A stretch of 62,450 nt of DNA from a virus (IMGVR_UViG_3300049012_000046:1-62450); one strand, 5' to 3'. Positions 46,821 to 56,306 are shown, counted from the stretch's first letter. A program made the numbers and translations. The notes: generated from the letters alone by a model not told the origin.

Positions 46821-47038
46821 CGGATCAGACCCTGGCGGAACGCCAGGGTCACCGCGTGCGTTCGGGTGAACGCGCGCAGCCTGTACAGCACCGCCCGCAT
46901 ATGATCGCCCGCCGTGGTCTGGGAGCACCCCAGCTGGCGGGCGATCATCTTGTCGGTCAGCCCCTCGGCGGCCAGCTGCAGGACACGCAGCTGCTTGTCC
47001 GTCAGCGGGTCGCCAGGCTTGCCGTGCAGAAGGCTCAT
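46817..47038 (-). CDS. LuxR-type HTH-only regulator
   Basis: LTDKQLRVLQLAAEGLTDKMIARQLGCSQTT...H...V...L....RTHAV..A...GLI. Confidence 0.9.
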   Translation of the reverse strand: MSLLHGKPGDPLTDKQLRVLQLAAEGLTDKMIARQLGCSQTTAGDHMRAVLYRLRAFTRTHAVTLAFRQGLIR

Positions 47039-48213
47039 GGCGTCAGCAGCATCTTGCCGTTGCCGAGCAGCTCGGCATGGCAATCCTTCATCACGTTGAC
47101 GCAGTTCGCCATGAACACGTCCATGGGACCCTTCTCCTCTTCCTGGATCACGCCATCGCCGTTGGCGTCGAACGTCTGCTTCCAGGCCATGAAGTAGTCG
47201 GCATGCAGGCTGTAGCCGCGCTTCTTGCGCCCCGTCGCCGCGTACATGTCCGACGACAGGCCCATGTTGGTGGCCAGCTCGGGATCGCCCACCGGGATGT
47301 CGTAGATCACCTCGTAGGAGATCTTCGGCAGCGCCACCGGATGCGTCGCCGGGCACGACTTGATCTTGCCTGTCGGATCGAGATCCCAGCGCGTGGTCGG
47401 GTAGCTCATGTGCGACCGATGATCGGCACTGTCGAGGTCCACGCCGTTCCAGCACTCCGGAAAGTAGATGACCTGCCACATCTTCGTGCCGCCAGGGCAA
47501 GGCGGGATGAAGGTGCCCTTCTCGATCACCACGGCCGCGGTCTCGGTCGTCACAGGGATCACCTCGAAGGTGTCCTTGTGCAAGCCGTACTGCTGCGGCG
47601 TGTTCCAGCCCACGCACTTGTACTCGATCTTGCCGGCGTTGACCGGAGCGTCGTCGGTCATCTTGGCGCCGGCCACCATCTTCAGACCGAACGGCACGGC
47701 CGACAGCTGCGGGTGCTGCGCGCGCTTGAACAGGTGCCCCCACTTGTAGTAGATCATCACCTGTGCCGACAGCGGCTTGCCCGTGCGCAGATCGATCGAC
47801 GAGGGCACCCAGAGCGCGGTCCTGTTCAACGCCCCGCCGCGGCAGTTCGACTTGCCCATCAGCAGCGCCGCAAGGTCGGTGTAGGCGTCCAGCGCGTCGT
47901 TGCCGAAGACCGTATGCAGGTGCGACACACCTGGCTGGTTCGGGTAGACGATCGGATCGTCGAAGGTGAAGTGCGAGAAGAAGCAGGTCGTGCGAAACGC
48001 CCCACCGGACTCGGTCGTGTACTGCGTGGGCGGCACGCCTTGCTCGTTGCCGAGCTTCTCGAGATCGGTGCCAGGGTGTGCTACGGGGATCTCGCTCATG
48101 ACGACTTCGGCCATCTCGTGGCCGGCCATGAGCGAGTTCGGCCCACCCTTGACGCCGGCCATCGCCGGCACGCCCAGCAACAGCAGGGCAAACGCAACTA
48201 GCAACTGCTTCAC
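47035..48213 (-). CDS. Secreted DUF1996-domain protein
   Basis: Signal peptide; DDPIVYPNQPGVSHLHTVFGN, NRTALWVP, FPECWNG, DHRSHMSY, CPATHPV, HADYF motifs. Confidence 0.88.
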   Translation of the reverse strand: MKQLLVAFALLLLGVPAMAGVKGGPNSLMAGHEMAEVVMSEIPVAHPGTDLEKLGNEQGVPPTQYTTESGGAFRTTCFFSHFTFDDPIVYPNQPGVSHLHTVFGNDALDAYTDLAALLMGKSNCRGGALNRTALWVPSSIDLRTGKPLSAQVMIYYKWGHLFKRAQHPQLSAVPFGLKMVAGAKMTDDAPVNAGKIEYKCVGWNTPQQYGLHKDTFEVIPVTTETAAVVIEKGTFIPPCPGGTKMWQVIYFPECWNGVDLDSADHRSHMSYPTTRWDLDPTGKIKSCPATHPVALPKISYEVIYDIPVGDPELATNMGLSSDMYAATGRKKRGYSLHADYFMAWKQTFDANGDGVIQEEEKGPMDVFMANCVNVMKDCHAELLGNGKMLLTP

Positions 48214-48398
48214 GACATCTTCTCCGCTTTGGCCTCGACACGATCGAGGGTTTCACCGAGCGTGGCCTTGGCCGCCGCAACTTCTTCGTCCGACACCTCG
48301 ACGGCGCCGGTGCTGATCGCTTCCTTGAGCAGCGGCATCAGCACGTTCTGCAGCGCCACTGCATCGTTGATCGCCTGCACCAGGTCGATGGTTCTCAT
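48210..48398 (-). CDS. Small helical protein
   Basis: Coupled at both ends (ATGA/GTGA); amphipathic. Confidence 0.7.
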   Translation of the reverse strand: MRTIDLVQAINDAVALQNVLMPLLKEAISTGAVEVSDEEVAAAKATLGETLDRVEAKAEKMS

Positions 48399-48739
48399 TT
48401 CACAGCTCCCTGTTGTTCGCGCAGCTGCCGCTCGTACTCGATCAGCAGCGGCTGCACGGATTGAAGAATGCTTGTGCCGTCGCATGGCTCGACCTTGCAG
48501 CTGGCAAGCAGCCGCTCGGCCTCCTCGACCTTGGCCCGCGCCTTCTTGGCGGTGGCGACCCGCGCAAGCGCGGTGGCCTTGTCGATGCGGCCACGGTCGA
48601 TGCCGTTTTCGATCAGCAGCACGTAGGCGTTGATCGTCTGGTAGGCCTTCTGCGTGGCCTGGTTCTTCGTCGGCGTGCTGGCGCAAGCCGCGAGGAACGC
48701 CAGCACGAATGCCAGCAGGAACAGCTTGAGGGCCTTCAC
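48395..48739 (-). CDS. Lipoprotein (spanin-like candidate)
   Basis: KALKLFLLAFVLAFLAAC lipobox; helical body; downstream of endolysin. Confidence 0.75.
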   Translation of the reverse strand: MKALKLFLLAFVLAFLAACASTPTKNQATQKAYQTINAYVLLIENGIDRGRIDKATALARVATAKKARAKVEEAERLLASCKVEPCDGTSILQSVQPLLIEYERQLREQQGAVK

Positions 48740-48993
48740 TGCGTCGCCTCCGCGAAGTCGACGTAATACTTCTTGCCCGGTTCGAACTTGCCGAGCAGCG
48801 CCGGGTTGTTGATGTGCACCTCGCACGTCGCCGAGGGGGTCCACTTCGCGAACGTGTTGTCCTCGTCGCTGCCGTCGGCCGGGTAGCCACCCGACTTCGC
48901 GACCGCGGTGAACTTCACCTTCTCGCTCTTGTGCTCGCCGCTGCCGAAATGCTCGACGCTGCAAACTTGAAACTTGGCACGCATGAGGGCCAT
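48736..48993 (-). CDS. Conserved small phage protein
   Basis: RAKF...ED..FAKWTPS......NP.....F..GKKYYVDF motif. Confidence 0.8.
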   Translation of the reverse strand: MALMRAKFQVCSVEHFGSGEHKSEKVKFTAVAKSGGYPADGSDEDNTFAKWTPSATCEVHINNPALLGKFEPGKKYYVDFAEATQ

Positions 48994-49038
48994 CGGAATC
49001 TCCTGATCAGATTGCCGCCTGTCCCGGGCGGCGCGGGA

Positions 49039-49671
49039 CTACACGATCGAGACGTGGCTGAGCGCTTCTTGCGCAGCGGCGTACAGCGCGCGCCGCTCGA
49101 CTTCGCCGTTGTTGCCGCCATTGATGCGCCGCGTGGTGCGATCGAACTCGCCCTGCTCAGCCATCTTGTTGCAGCCCGTCGTCGCCCAGTACCAGCCGGC
49201 CGTCATCACGGCGTCTTCAGGCTGCAGCACGAGCTCGGGGTGATCCTTGTAGGGCCGCCCAGCGGCATCGCCGGCGGCCATGTAGATGGCGCGGCCAGTG
49301 AGCTGGAAGAGACCACGGCCGCGGTACCGCCAGCCATCGCCGCTGCTGACATCACCGTTGCCGTTGATGTTGGCGTAGGCCAGGTTGGCCAGCTCCTTCG
49401 GCTTGCGGCAGTAGCTGGCCAAGGTGCCCAGGCCCAGCGGCTGCAGCCGGCGGTAGGCGTTGAAGATCGCCTGCGGCGTCTTGTAGTACAGGCTCTCTTC
49501 GAGGTGCGTGAAGTTCGCGCTCTCGTGCATGGCCTGCGCGATGAACGCCGCCTGCTGCAGATTCGTTCGGATGTCGAATCGCTTGAACGCTTTGTCCAAG
49601 TGCGGAGCAAACAGCTTGGCCTGCGTCGGTCGAACACCGCAAGCCAACAGACGGGGAACATCGATCGTCAT
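49039..49671 (-). CDS. Glycoside hydrolase family 19 endolysin
   Basis: AAFIAQAMHES, DGWRYRGRGLFQLTGR, TRRINGGNNG..ER. Confidence 0.95.
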   Translation of the reverse strand: MTIDVPRLLACGVRPTQAKLFAPHLDKAFKRFDIRTNLQQAAFIAQAMHESANFTHLEESLYYKTPQAIFNAYRRLQPLGLGTLASYCRKPKELANLAYANINGNGDVSSGDGWRYRGRGLFQLTGRAIYMAAGDAAGRPYKDHPELVLQPEDAVMTAGWYWATTGCNKMAEQGEFDRTTRRINGGNNGEVERRALYAAAQEALSHVSIV

Positions 49672-49759
49672 ATGGGTTGGAAAGCGGTTTCGCTTTCGGG
49701 TTCGCTTATGGAGCCCTCATTCTGCGCTTCCTAACGCAAAACGCAACCTGTAATGTGTG

Positions 49760-49978
49760 TCAGTGCTTGGTCGGACCGACGAATGCGTGGTATAGGCCAG
49801 CCAGGCCGGTGCCAATTGCAATGGCCCAGGGCAGGAAGACCTTGACCTTCTTGCGCAGCCACGTCGCATGGGAATCCTCGAGCAGCATCTGGCGCAGATG
49901 CCTCAGCTCTTCCGCAGACAGCGGCGGCGGATTCATTGGGGAATATGTTTCCAAACCGCCACTGTCTTCGTCGTTCAT
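49760..49978 (-). CDS. Putative holin (single C-terminal TM)
   Basis: One TM (FLPWAIAIGTGLAGLYHAFV) preceded by basic residues; directly upstream of the endolysin; alternative in-frame ATG at 49936. Confidence 0.55.
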   Translation of the reverse strand: MNDEDSGGLETYSPMNPPPLSAEELRHLRQMLLEDSHATWLRKKVKVFLPWAIAIGTGLAGLYHAFVGPTKH

Positions 49979-49980
49979 GA

Positions 49981-50847
49981 TCAGGCAAAGGTAATGCTGA
50001 GGGTGTCTGCATCGTAACTCGGTGCAGCGCCGCCAGATGATACCGTTTTCGGAACACTTGGTGTGCCCCAGAAAAGCAAATTCCCCGCAGTAATAGCATC
50101 GTGAATACCCTGACCGTTCACAGTTCCCCAATCGGCATTCGGAGAAGCGAAGGTAATTGCGGCGTTATTCGCGATTCGGCCGGTGCTGCCTGTGCTCGCC
50201 ACCGTGGTGCCGGCGCCCTGAGTGCCGCACAGCGACGTCAAGCTGGGCACCAGCGCGACCCGCGCGTAGTTGCCGGCTGAGAACTCGGTGCCGCCGCCGG
50301 CGTTCGTCGGCGCCGCGCTGAAGAGGCTGCAGTACAGCGTGGCTGGCCAGGTGTATGCCTGGCCGCGGAAGATCAGGTCGATCATCTTGTTAGCCAGGTA
50401 GTCGCTCATGCCGCCCACCAGGCCCAGCGTCATGTAGAGCGACCCGGCCGGCAAGCTCACCGGATCGCCGCTGTTGATCGTGATCGGCGCGACCAGCGGC
50501 AGGTAGAACCACATGTTGCCGCCACTCGAGGTATCGAAGATGCCCACGTGCGTTGCAGTGCCCCACGCAGAGCCTGCAGTGCCGAAGTTGACGGCACTGT
50601 TGTTGCTGGTCGCATGGCTTGTGCCGGTGCTGGCCAGCGTCGTGCCGCCGCCCTGCGTGCCGGCCATGGCGGACAAGCTGCGAGTGATGCCTTGCCGTAG
50701 GTAGCTGGTGCCCGACAGCTCCGTCAGCGAGCTGTCCGTCGGCGTGCCGCTGAGCAGAGCGACATACCAGGTGGCAGGAAGCGTGAGCCCCTGCGCACGG
50801 ACAAAATCGGCAAGTTTGTTCTCAGCGTAGTCGGTGATGTAAGACAT
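49981..50847 (-). CDS. Tail-associated protein with internal tandem domain duplication
   Basis: Two ~145-aa halves (TDYAENKL..F / SDYLANKM..L...WGT....GI.D....GN..F). Confidence 0.8.
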   Translation of the reverse strand: MSYITDYAENKLADFVRAQGLTLPATWYVALLSGTPTDSSLTELSGTSYLRQGITRSLSAMAGTQGGGTTLASTGTSHATSNNSAVNFGTAGSAWGTATHVGIFDTSSGGNMWFYLPLVAPITINSGDPVSLPAGSLYMTLGLVGGMSDYLANKMIDLIFRGQAYTWPATLYCSLFSAAPTNAGGGTEFSAGNYARVALVPSLTSLCGTQGAGTTVASTGSTGRIANNAAITFASPNADWGTVNGQGIHDAITAGNLLFWGTPSVPKTVSSGGAAPSYDADTLSITFA

Positions 50848-50858
50848 CGGATCTTCCT

Positions 50859-53561
50859 TTAAGCGCCGCCGGAATTTGCACCAACTTCCGCACGGATAGT
50901 GATCTGAGCAGACTGCTGCAGGGTCTCGCTGGCCACATCTCGAATCTCAATCAACAGCACGCATTCGAGAACTGTTGGCTGTGCCGCCCCGTTAGTAAGT
51001 GTCCAGGTGCGGTTGGTGTCCATCGACAACCAGCTGCCAAGTGCGGTCCCGGCGGGGATCGTGCCCGACACGAGCGTGGCGCGCATCTGGAACAGCGCCG
51101 CAGACGACGCTTCCACTGGCGAGATCGTCAGCCATTGCCCGGAGATGACCGTGGTGACGGGACTGCTGATACCGTTGTTCTCGGTCTTGTACGCGCGGCC
51201 GTTGTTCTGCAGCCCGAAGGTCGCAGTAGCGGTAAAGCCCGCCTCGACCCCGGAACTCACCGTACGGCTGGTCAGGCTCACCAGCGGCAGGAATTCACCA
51301 TCTCCACCCAGATCCGCAGCCCCAGTGACCGGGTCTTGAATCTCCCCTGGGCCCGGCAATAGCGCGTTATCTGCGGAGTGGATACGCGGATCGTCGATCT
51401 CCGCGGTGATGCTGTACAGCTGCGCACCGTCATCGGTCGTGCCGCCGTCAGAGATGCTGCTGATCTTCACCAGCTCATCGCTGCTGCCTTGCACGCCGAA
51501 CAGGAACCGCGGCCGCTCGCGATTGCCGTCGTCGAGCACCAGCGTGAAGTCCGGCAGCGCCGGCAACGTCACGTCAAACGGTGTGGGCCCGGGCCCGACC
51601 GCAACAGGCGTGGTCAGCGTCCCGTCGTCACGCATGAGCGTGAGGTAGTTCGACGTCGTGAAGACCGGCGGCTCGCTCAGCGTCATCACGCGCGTGCCGC
51701 TGTCCCAGGCCACCACGTCGCCGGTCTGCCCATAGCCGTAGATCTCCGGCATCCAGCGCACAGGTGCCATGTAGGCCGGCAGGATGCCTTGCATCTCCGT
51801 CACGCACGACATCGTGCGTCGACGGTAGAGCATGCGCGCAGCCTCGTAGCGCCCCTCCCGCTCTGCGTGCTTCGACCCAGTGATCCCCTCCAGCTTCATA
51901 TGCACCGGCTTGACCATCGTGCTGACCCCTGGGCAAGGGCACTCGATGGGCAGCCAGGTCCAGCTGCGGTTGTTAAAGTATTGGACGATCACACCGTCCG
52001 GCGTCTCGGTCTTCTGCAGCACCTCGTCGACAGACATCGAGCCGGGCTGCGTGTTGCGCGCGGTGAAGGCGGTCACACCGACCGTGGCCAGCTCATCCCG
52101 CGCGATGCTCAGGATGCCGTAGCGGCGGAACACGCGCGCTCGACCTGCGCGTGCGATCAGCTGCATCGCATCCCACGCATCCATCGTCACGTCGAAGTTG
52201 TAGTCGAAGCGGTCCTGCCGCGCATCCCATGTCAGGCTGTAGTCGTAGAAGGACTGCAGGTCGATGCGGCTGTCCGCCATTCCCAGCCCCCAGACCGAGC
52301 TGGTGGCAAGCTCGAGGATCCACCAGGCAGGGTTGCGCGTGTGCGTCGCCGCTTGCCACACCAGGCTGGAGTTGAGCGTGCGGCACTTCGCTTGGAGGAT
52401 CAGGGCCAAGCTGCGCTGGCTGAGTTGGCTCAACTGCTCGCTGGCGCGCATCACGATCTCGTAGTGCGCGACGTTGGGATTGAGCGTTGGCGACGTCTCC
52501 AGGTAGGCACGCAGACCCGCCCACTGGATCTCATCAAAGTCGCGCCCACTCGGGCTATCCGAATTCGTGCGGACCACGCGCACCTCGACACGCATCGCAC
52601 TGGGCAAGGTGTACTTCACGGTCCAGCGCTGAGGCTTAAGCGTGTTGTTGGCGCGTGACTCGTTGCCGAGCACCGACCACAGGGCAAGGCCCGCACCGAA
52701 GTCGTCGATCGGCCGGTAGTCCACCCGCCACGTGGCCTCGCGCGTCGTCAGCGAGCCGTCGTCGTTCTGGCCGCCCAGCCCATGCGGCGCGATGATGTCG
52801 ATGCCGATGGCCGTGGCTTTCAGCCCTGGGCCGCATGCCGAGAAGGGGCCGACGACCTGCGCGTCCTGCATGTCCTGCCCGGTCACCTCCGGCGCGGTGA
52901 TGACGTTCACCAGCGCCTGCGAGGGCTGCACGCCAGGTGCCAGGTACTGGCTGACCAGCACGTCGTCGAAGTGGGTGATGATGGTGTCATCGATCAGCGC
53001 GCGCTCGACGTCGTAGTCCCCGACACCGACCACCAGCACCGCGTAGTAATACTGGTCCGACTCGTCGTCGTACTCGAGATACGGCTGGCCGGCAAAGGGC
53101 GGCAGCACGCGGATGCGGCCGCAGGCGCGCGGGATGGGCGCATCAGGCTGCGCCTGATTTCCGCTCAGCGAGACCGAGTAGGTCGGCGACGGCTGGTCAG
53201 GCGTCGTCGGCGGCTTGATCGGCAGGAAGACGTTGGCGGCCACGCTCGCCGAGATCGCCCACAGCGGGTTGCCGGTGTAGATCGACAGGATCGCGCCGGC
53301 GATCTGCAGCAAGCCGCGCAGAGCCTCCCGGTCCTGCGGATACTCGACGAACTCGACGACATCGCCAGGCCGCACGCGGTACAGCGCCCAGTCCTCACGA
53401 TGCACGTAGTCCGGGCCGCCGTTGACGCGGCACACCAGCAGGCCCTGCGTGGCAGGGGCAAGCTCGGCCAGCGTCGCGCCGATGTGCACGGGCCGCATGT
53501 CCTGCGCACGCAGGCCGGCCAGCGGGTTCCGGCACACACCCACTACGGGAAGAAAACTCAC
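50859..53561 (-). CDS. Central tail tip / host specificity J-like protein
   Basis: 900 aa; PIPRACG, TRNPAW, FDY.FD, A.AGRA motifs; follows NlpC/P60. Confidence 0.88.
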   Translation of the reverse strand: MSFLPVVGVCRNPLAGLRAQDMRPVHIGATLAELAPATQGLLVCRVNGGPDYVHREDWALYRVRPGDVVEFVEYPQDREALRGLLQIAGAILSIYTGNPLWAISASVAANVFLPIKPPTTPDQPSPTYSVSLSGNQAQPDAPIPRACGRIRVLPPFAGQPYLEYDDESDQYYYAVLVVGVGDYDVERALIDDTIITHFDDVLVSQYLAPGVQPSQALVNVITAPEVTGQDMQDAQVVGPFSACGPGLKATAIGIDIIAPHGLGGQNDDGSLTTREATWRVDYRPIDDFGAGLALWSVLGNESRANNTLKPQRWTVKYTLPSAMRVEVRVVRTNSDSPSGRDFDEIQWAGLRAYLETSPTLNPNVAHYEIVMRASEQLSQLSQRSLALILQAKCRTLNSSLVWQAATHTRNPAWWILELATSSVWGLGMADSRIDLQSFYDYSLTWDARQDRFDYNFDVTMDAWDAMQLIARAGRARVFRRYGILSIARDELATVGVTAFTARNTQPGSMSVDEVLQKTETPDGVIVQYFNNRSWTWLPIECPCPGVSTMVKPVHMKLEGITGSKHAEREGRYEAARMLYRRRTMSCVTEMQGILPAYMAPVRWMPEIYGYGQTGDVVAWDSGTRVMTLSEPPVFTTSNYLTLMRDDGTLTTPVAVGPGPTPFDVTLPALPDFTLVLDDGNRERPRFLFGVQGSSDELVKISSISDGGTTDDGAQLYSITAEIDDPRIHSADNALLPGPGEIQDPVTGAADLGGDGEFLPLVSLTSRTVSSGVEAGFTATATFGLQNNGRAYKTENNGISSPVTTVISGQWLTISPVEASSAALFQMRATLVSGTIPAGTALGSWLSMDTNRTWTLTNGAAQPTVLECVLLIEIRDVASETLQQSAQITIRAEVGANSGGA

Positions 53562-53971
53562 AGTCGCCTCCAGATCTCGAGGTCGCCATACCCCTCGGCG
53601 AGCACCTCGGCAATGGTCTGCCGCATCACGCAGCCCACCGGGCCACGAGCAGACTCGTAGCCATTCGCATGCAGCACGTACAGCTTGCCCTGCACGTCGA
53701 TCATCACGCCCACATGCCGGCCACTGCGCCCGCGCATGAGCACAATGTCATCGGCCTGCGCCGGCTCCTGCACGCAGCGCCAGCCGTGGTGCTTGACGAT
53801 CTGCTGCATGGCGCGCACGTTGGTGTCGGTGCCGACGTACACCTCCGGCAGGTCCAGCCCATAGCGCAGGAGAAAGACATCCCGCACCAGCCCCCAGCAG
53901 TTGAAGGCGTGCGGCCCCATCGCGCCGCTGCGCCATGGCTTGCCGATGTAGTCGTAGGCCCAGTGTTTCAT
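53558..53971 (-). CDS. NlpC/P60 tail assembly protein
   Basis: YIGKPW..G..GP.AFNCWGLV...HVGV...LHA catalytic Cys-His-His. Confidence 0.9.
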   Translation of the reverse strand: MKHWAYDYIGKPWRSGAMGPHAFNCWGLVRDVFLLRYGLDLPEVYVGTDTNVRAMQQIVKHHGWRCVQEPAQADDIVLMRGRSGRHVGVMIDVQGKLYVLHANGYESARGPVGCVMRQTIAEVLAEGYGDLEIWRRL

Positions 53972-54519
53972 CGCGCGTACAGCCCCGGGTATTCGGTCAC
54001 CTTGAACGTCAGCTTGGGGATCGCGATGTTCACCGGATCACCGAAGCTGGCACGCAGCACGACGTGCGTGTCAGCCACACGCACGCGGTCGAGCTCGAGC
54101 TTCATCGTCGGCAGCCTGGCCGGGCCCGTCAGGTCGTTGCTCGCATAGAGCCGCTCGATCAGCGTCCAAGGCTCGAGCGAATCGCGCGCCACCTTCAGTG
54201 CCTCGCTGACCAGGCCGCTGACGTTGCTGATCGTCAGCGACACCTCAGGGGTGGCGGCGACGTCTGACTCCTCCGGCGGTGTCGGCTCGACTGAGGCCGC
54301 GAGGAACGTCACGTACGTGCTCGGGTTGATCGGCGCCGTGGCTTCGAGCTGCGCGGTGATCGACTCGTGGTTGCGCACGAAGCGCACCGGCGCGCTGAGC
54401 GTGGGGTGGTAGAGCTCGAAGGCCGACAGCACCGCGTAGGTGACCGGTGCGTACGTGGCCGACTGGGCAAGCGCTTCGCTGAGCTGAATGCCCCGGTACT
54501 TGGGAAGGTAGGTAGGCAT
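53968..54519 (-). CDS. DUF1833-like minor tail protein
   Basis: ELYHP...P.RFV...L.ISNVSG...R.Y...DL.GP...F....YPGL; canonical position. Confidence 0.8.
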   Translation of the reverse strand: MPTYLPKYRGIQLSEALAQSATYAPVTYAVLSAFELYHPTLSAPVRFVRNHESITAQLEATAPINPSTYVTFLAASVEPTPPEESDVAATPEVSLTISNVSGLVSEALKVARDSLEPWTLIERLYASNDLTGPARLPTMKLELDRVRVADTHVVLRASFGDPVNIAIPKLTFKVTEYPGLYAR

Positions 54520-54522
54520 CGA

Positions 54523-54894
54523 TCACCCCGAAAGCGCGCCGGCGCCACGCAGCGTGACGACAGCGTTGACACGCCACACGGCGTCACCGTCTTGCTCGTT
54601 GCCCACCTGCTGCCACACCGGCGTGCCGACGAACTGCCGCACGTGGCTGCCCCCGCTGGGCGCCGTCCAGGACGCTGTGAACCAGGCCGCGCCGTAGCTC
54701 AGGTCGTTCTGCCACCAGGCCTGGAAGATGGCCGCCTGGGCCGCGGTGAGCATCCAGGTCACGCGCTGCATCGCCTGGCGATCGCGCTGCGCCAGGCGGG
54801 ACTCGCGCGGCCCCAGGCCGGGAGAGAAGCGCCGGCGCTCCTCGGCGGTGACCGGCGCCACTTCCGGATTGGGCAAGGTGCTGGGATAGCTCAC
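54523..54894 (-). CDS. Distal-tail-like minor tail protein (paralog C)
   Basis: YP..LP.P...VTW.LT..Q...F.AWW..DL.YG..WF...W.V motif. Confidence 0.75.
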   Translation of the reverse strand: MSYPSTLPNPEVAPVTAEERRRFSPGLGPRESRLAQRDRQAMQRVTWMLTAAQAAIFQAWWQNDLSYGAAWFTASWTAPSGGSHVRQFVGTPVWQQVGNEQDGDAVWRVNAVVTLRGAGALSG

Positions 54895-55724
54895 AGCTTC
54901 ACTCCCGTGACGGTGGATGTGCCGGCGGCCGAGCCGCGCGCCGCCCAGCGGCCCACGCCGCCGACCGTGCTCGTGCCCGCAGCCTGGCCGCGGTTGGCGA
55001 AGGTGCCGGTCGCGGCCGTCGTCGACGTGCCGTAGGACAGGCCCACGTTGTCACTGCGGGCCTGGGCCGTGGACGTGCCGGCCGCCGCGCCCGTGCCCGG
55101 CCGGATCGGCACAGCCACGGCCGTGGATGTGCCGGCGGCGCTGCCGGCGCGCGCCACGTTGGGCGGGCTGCGGCCATTCCCTGTGCCCACGCCGGCGGCC
55201 GTGCCCACTGCCGTCACGGTGCTGGGCGCCGGCGGCAGCAGCGCCACGGTGATGCCCAGGGACAGCTTCTTGTCGACCTGCGGAGAGGCGCTGCCCAGCA
55301 GCGCCGCGGTGACGCCCAGGCGCAGCGTCGAGGGCACCGGCGCGACCGTGGTGCCCGTGCCGGTCAGCCGCAGCCGGCCGCTGACGCGCCAGTCGGCGAT
55401 CTGGCCGGGATTGGCCTCGTAGGGCTCCTCCCACTCGGCCGTCCACCACAGCAGCCCCGCGCCCTGGTTGGCCACCTGGGCGGCGAACTGCCGCTTGCCG
55501 GCCTCGAGGATGTCCTCGTACCAGTCGTCGACGGCGGCCATCTGCGATTCCGTCAAGTCCCAGTCCACGCGCACGATCCGCGGTGCCGTCGTGAATAGCC
55601 GTCGCGTGCGGCTGTGGCCAGCCGCGAATCCCACCGTGGCGAACACCGGAACAAGCTCGATCTCGTGCGGCGCCGAAAGAAACGGCGGCAAGCCGGCGGG
55701 CACGGTGAGCTCAGGCAATGCCAT
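54891..55724 (-). CDS. Distal-tail-like domain fused to Gly/Thr/Ala-rich repeats (paralog B)
   Basis: R.RR.FT..P..V.V.W.LT..Q.....WY...L..G...F; C-terminal G.AAGTST repeats. Confidence 0.75.
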   Translation of the reverse strand: MALPELTVPAGLPPFLSAPHEIELVPVFATVGFAAGHSRTRRLFTTAPRIVRVDWDLTESQMAAVDDWYEDILEAGKRQFAAQVANQGAGLLWWTAEWEEPYEANPGQIADWRVSGRLRLTGTGTTVAPVPSTLRLGVTAALLGSASPQVDKKLSLGITVALLPPAPSTVTAVGTAAGVGTGNGRSPPNVARAGSAAGTSTAVAVPIRPGTGAAAGTSTAQARSDNVGLSYGTSTTAATGTFANRGQAAGTSTVGGVGRWAARGSAAGTSTVTGVKL

Positions 55725-56304
55725 AGCCAACCTCCGGATCAATCTCGAATTGCAGACGCCACACGCGGTTCAACCCAAGCCGGCGAATGCGGCCTAGCGC
55801 AGGGCCGATCGGATACTCGACGGTGTAGCGGTCCTTCTGCTGACGCACATACAGCATGCCGTCGCGGATGTACGCGAAGATCACATCGCTGAAGGCGTTG
55901 TTGTATGTGCGCTTGTCATCCATGTGCAGCTTGAAGCTGGTAACTCCGACGTAGGTGTCCGTCTGGAACTGCGCAGTCAGCGAGTTGAACCAGTAGAACT
56001 TCGTCACGCCCTCGGTCATGTACGCCACCGCTGGCTGGATGTTGGTGTCGAAAGCGAGTGACACCGCGGTGATGCCGGGCGCGGTAGCGATGACCGTCAC
56101 CGGCGAGCCGCTGACTGGCGACACCTTGACAGTCGAGTCCTCCACGTAGCACTTCCACAGCTGGTAGTCGCGCCCCAGACTCGCGTCGTTCAACGCAACG
56201 CCACCGCGCTCGTAGCTGATCATCAGCTCCGTGTCGGTATCTTCCGGTGCCAGAAACTCCGACACCAGCGCCGTATCCGATGCGACTCCCTGCGGCATCA
56301 CCAT
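55711..56304 (-). CDS. Virion structural / tail protein
   Basis: YERGGVALND.S.G...Q.W...SLAFD.N..P..AY...DVIFAY.R...L..R.Q.DRY..EY motif recalled from siphovirus tail regions. Confidence 0.75.
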   Translation of the reverse strand: MVMPQGVASDTALVSEFLAPEDTDTELMISYERGGVALNDASLGRDYQLWKCYVEDSTVKVSPVSGSPVTVIATAPGITAVSLAFDTNIQPAVAYMTEGVTKFYWFNSLTAQFQTDTYVGVTSFKLHMDDKRTYNNAFSDVIFAYIRDGMLYVRQQKDRYTVEYPIGPALGRIRRLGLNRVWRLQFEIDPEVGYGIA

Positions 56305-56306
56305 GA

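Noticed and set aside
49936-49978. Lambda-S-like dual-start holin/antiholin
   Set aside because: The two in-frame ATGs are 14 codons apart with an acidic spacer, unlike the Met-Lys-Met motif; holin identity itself is tentative
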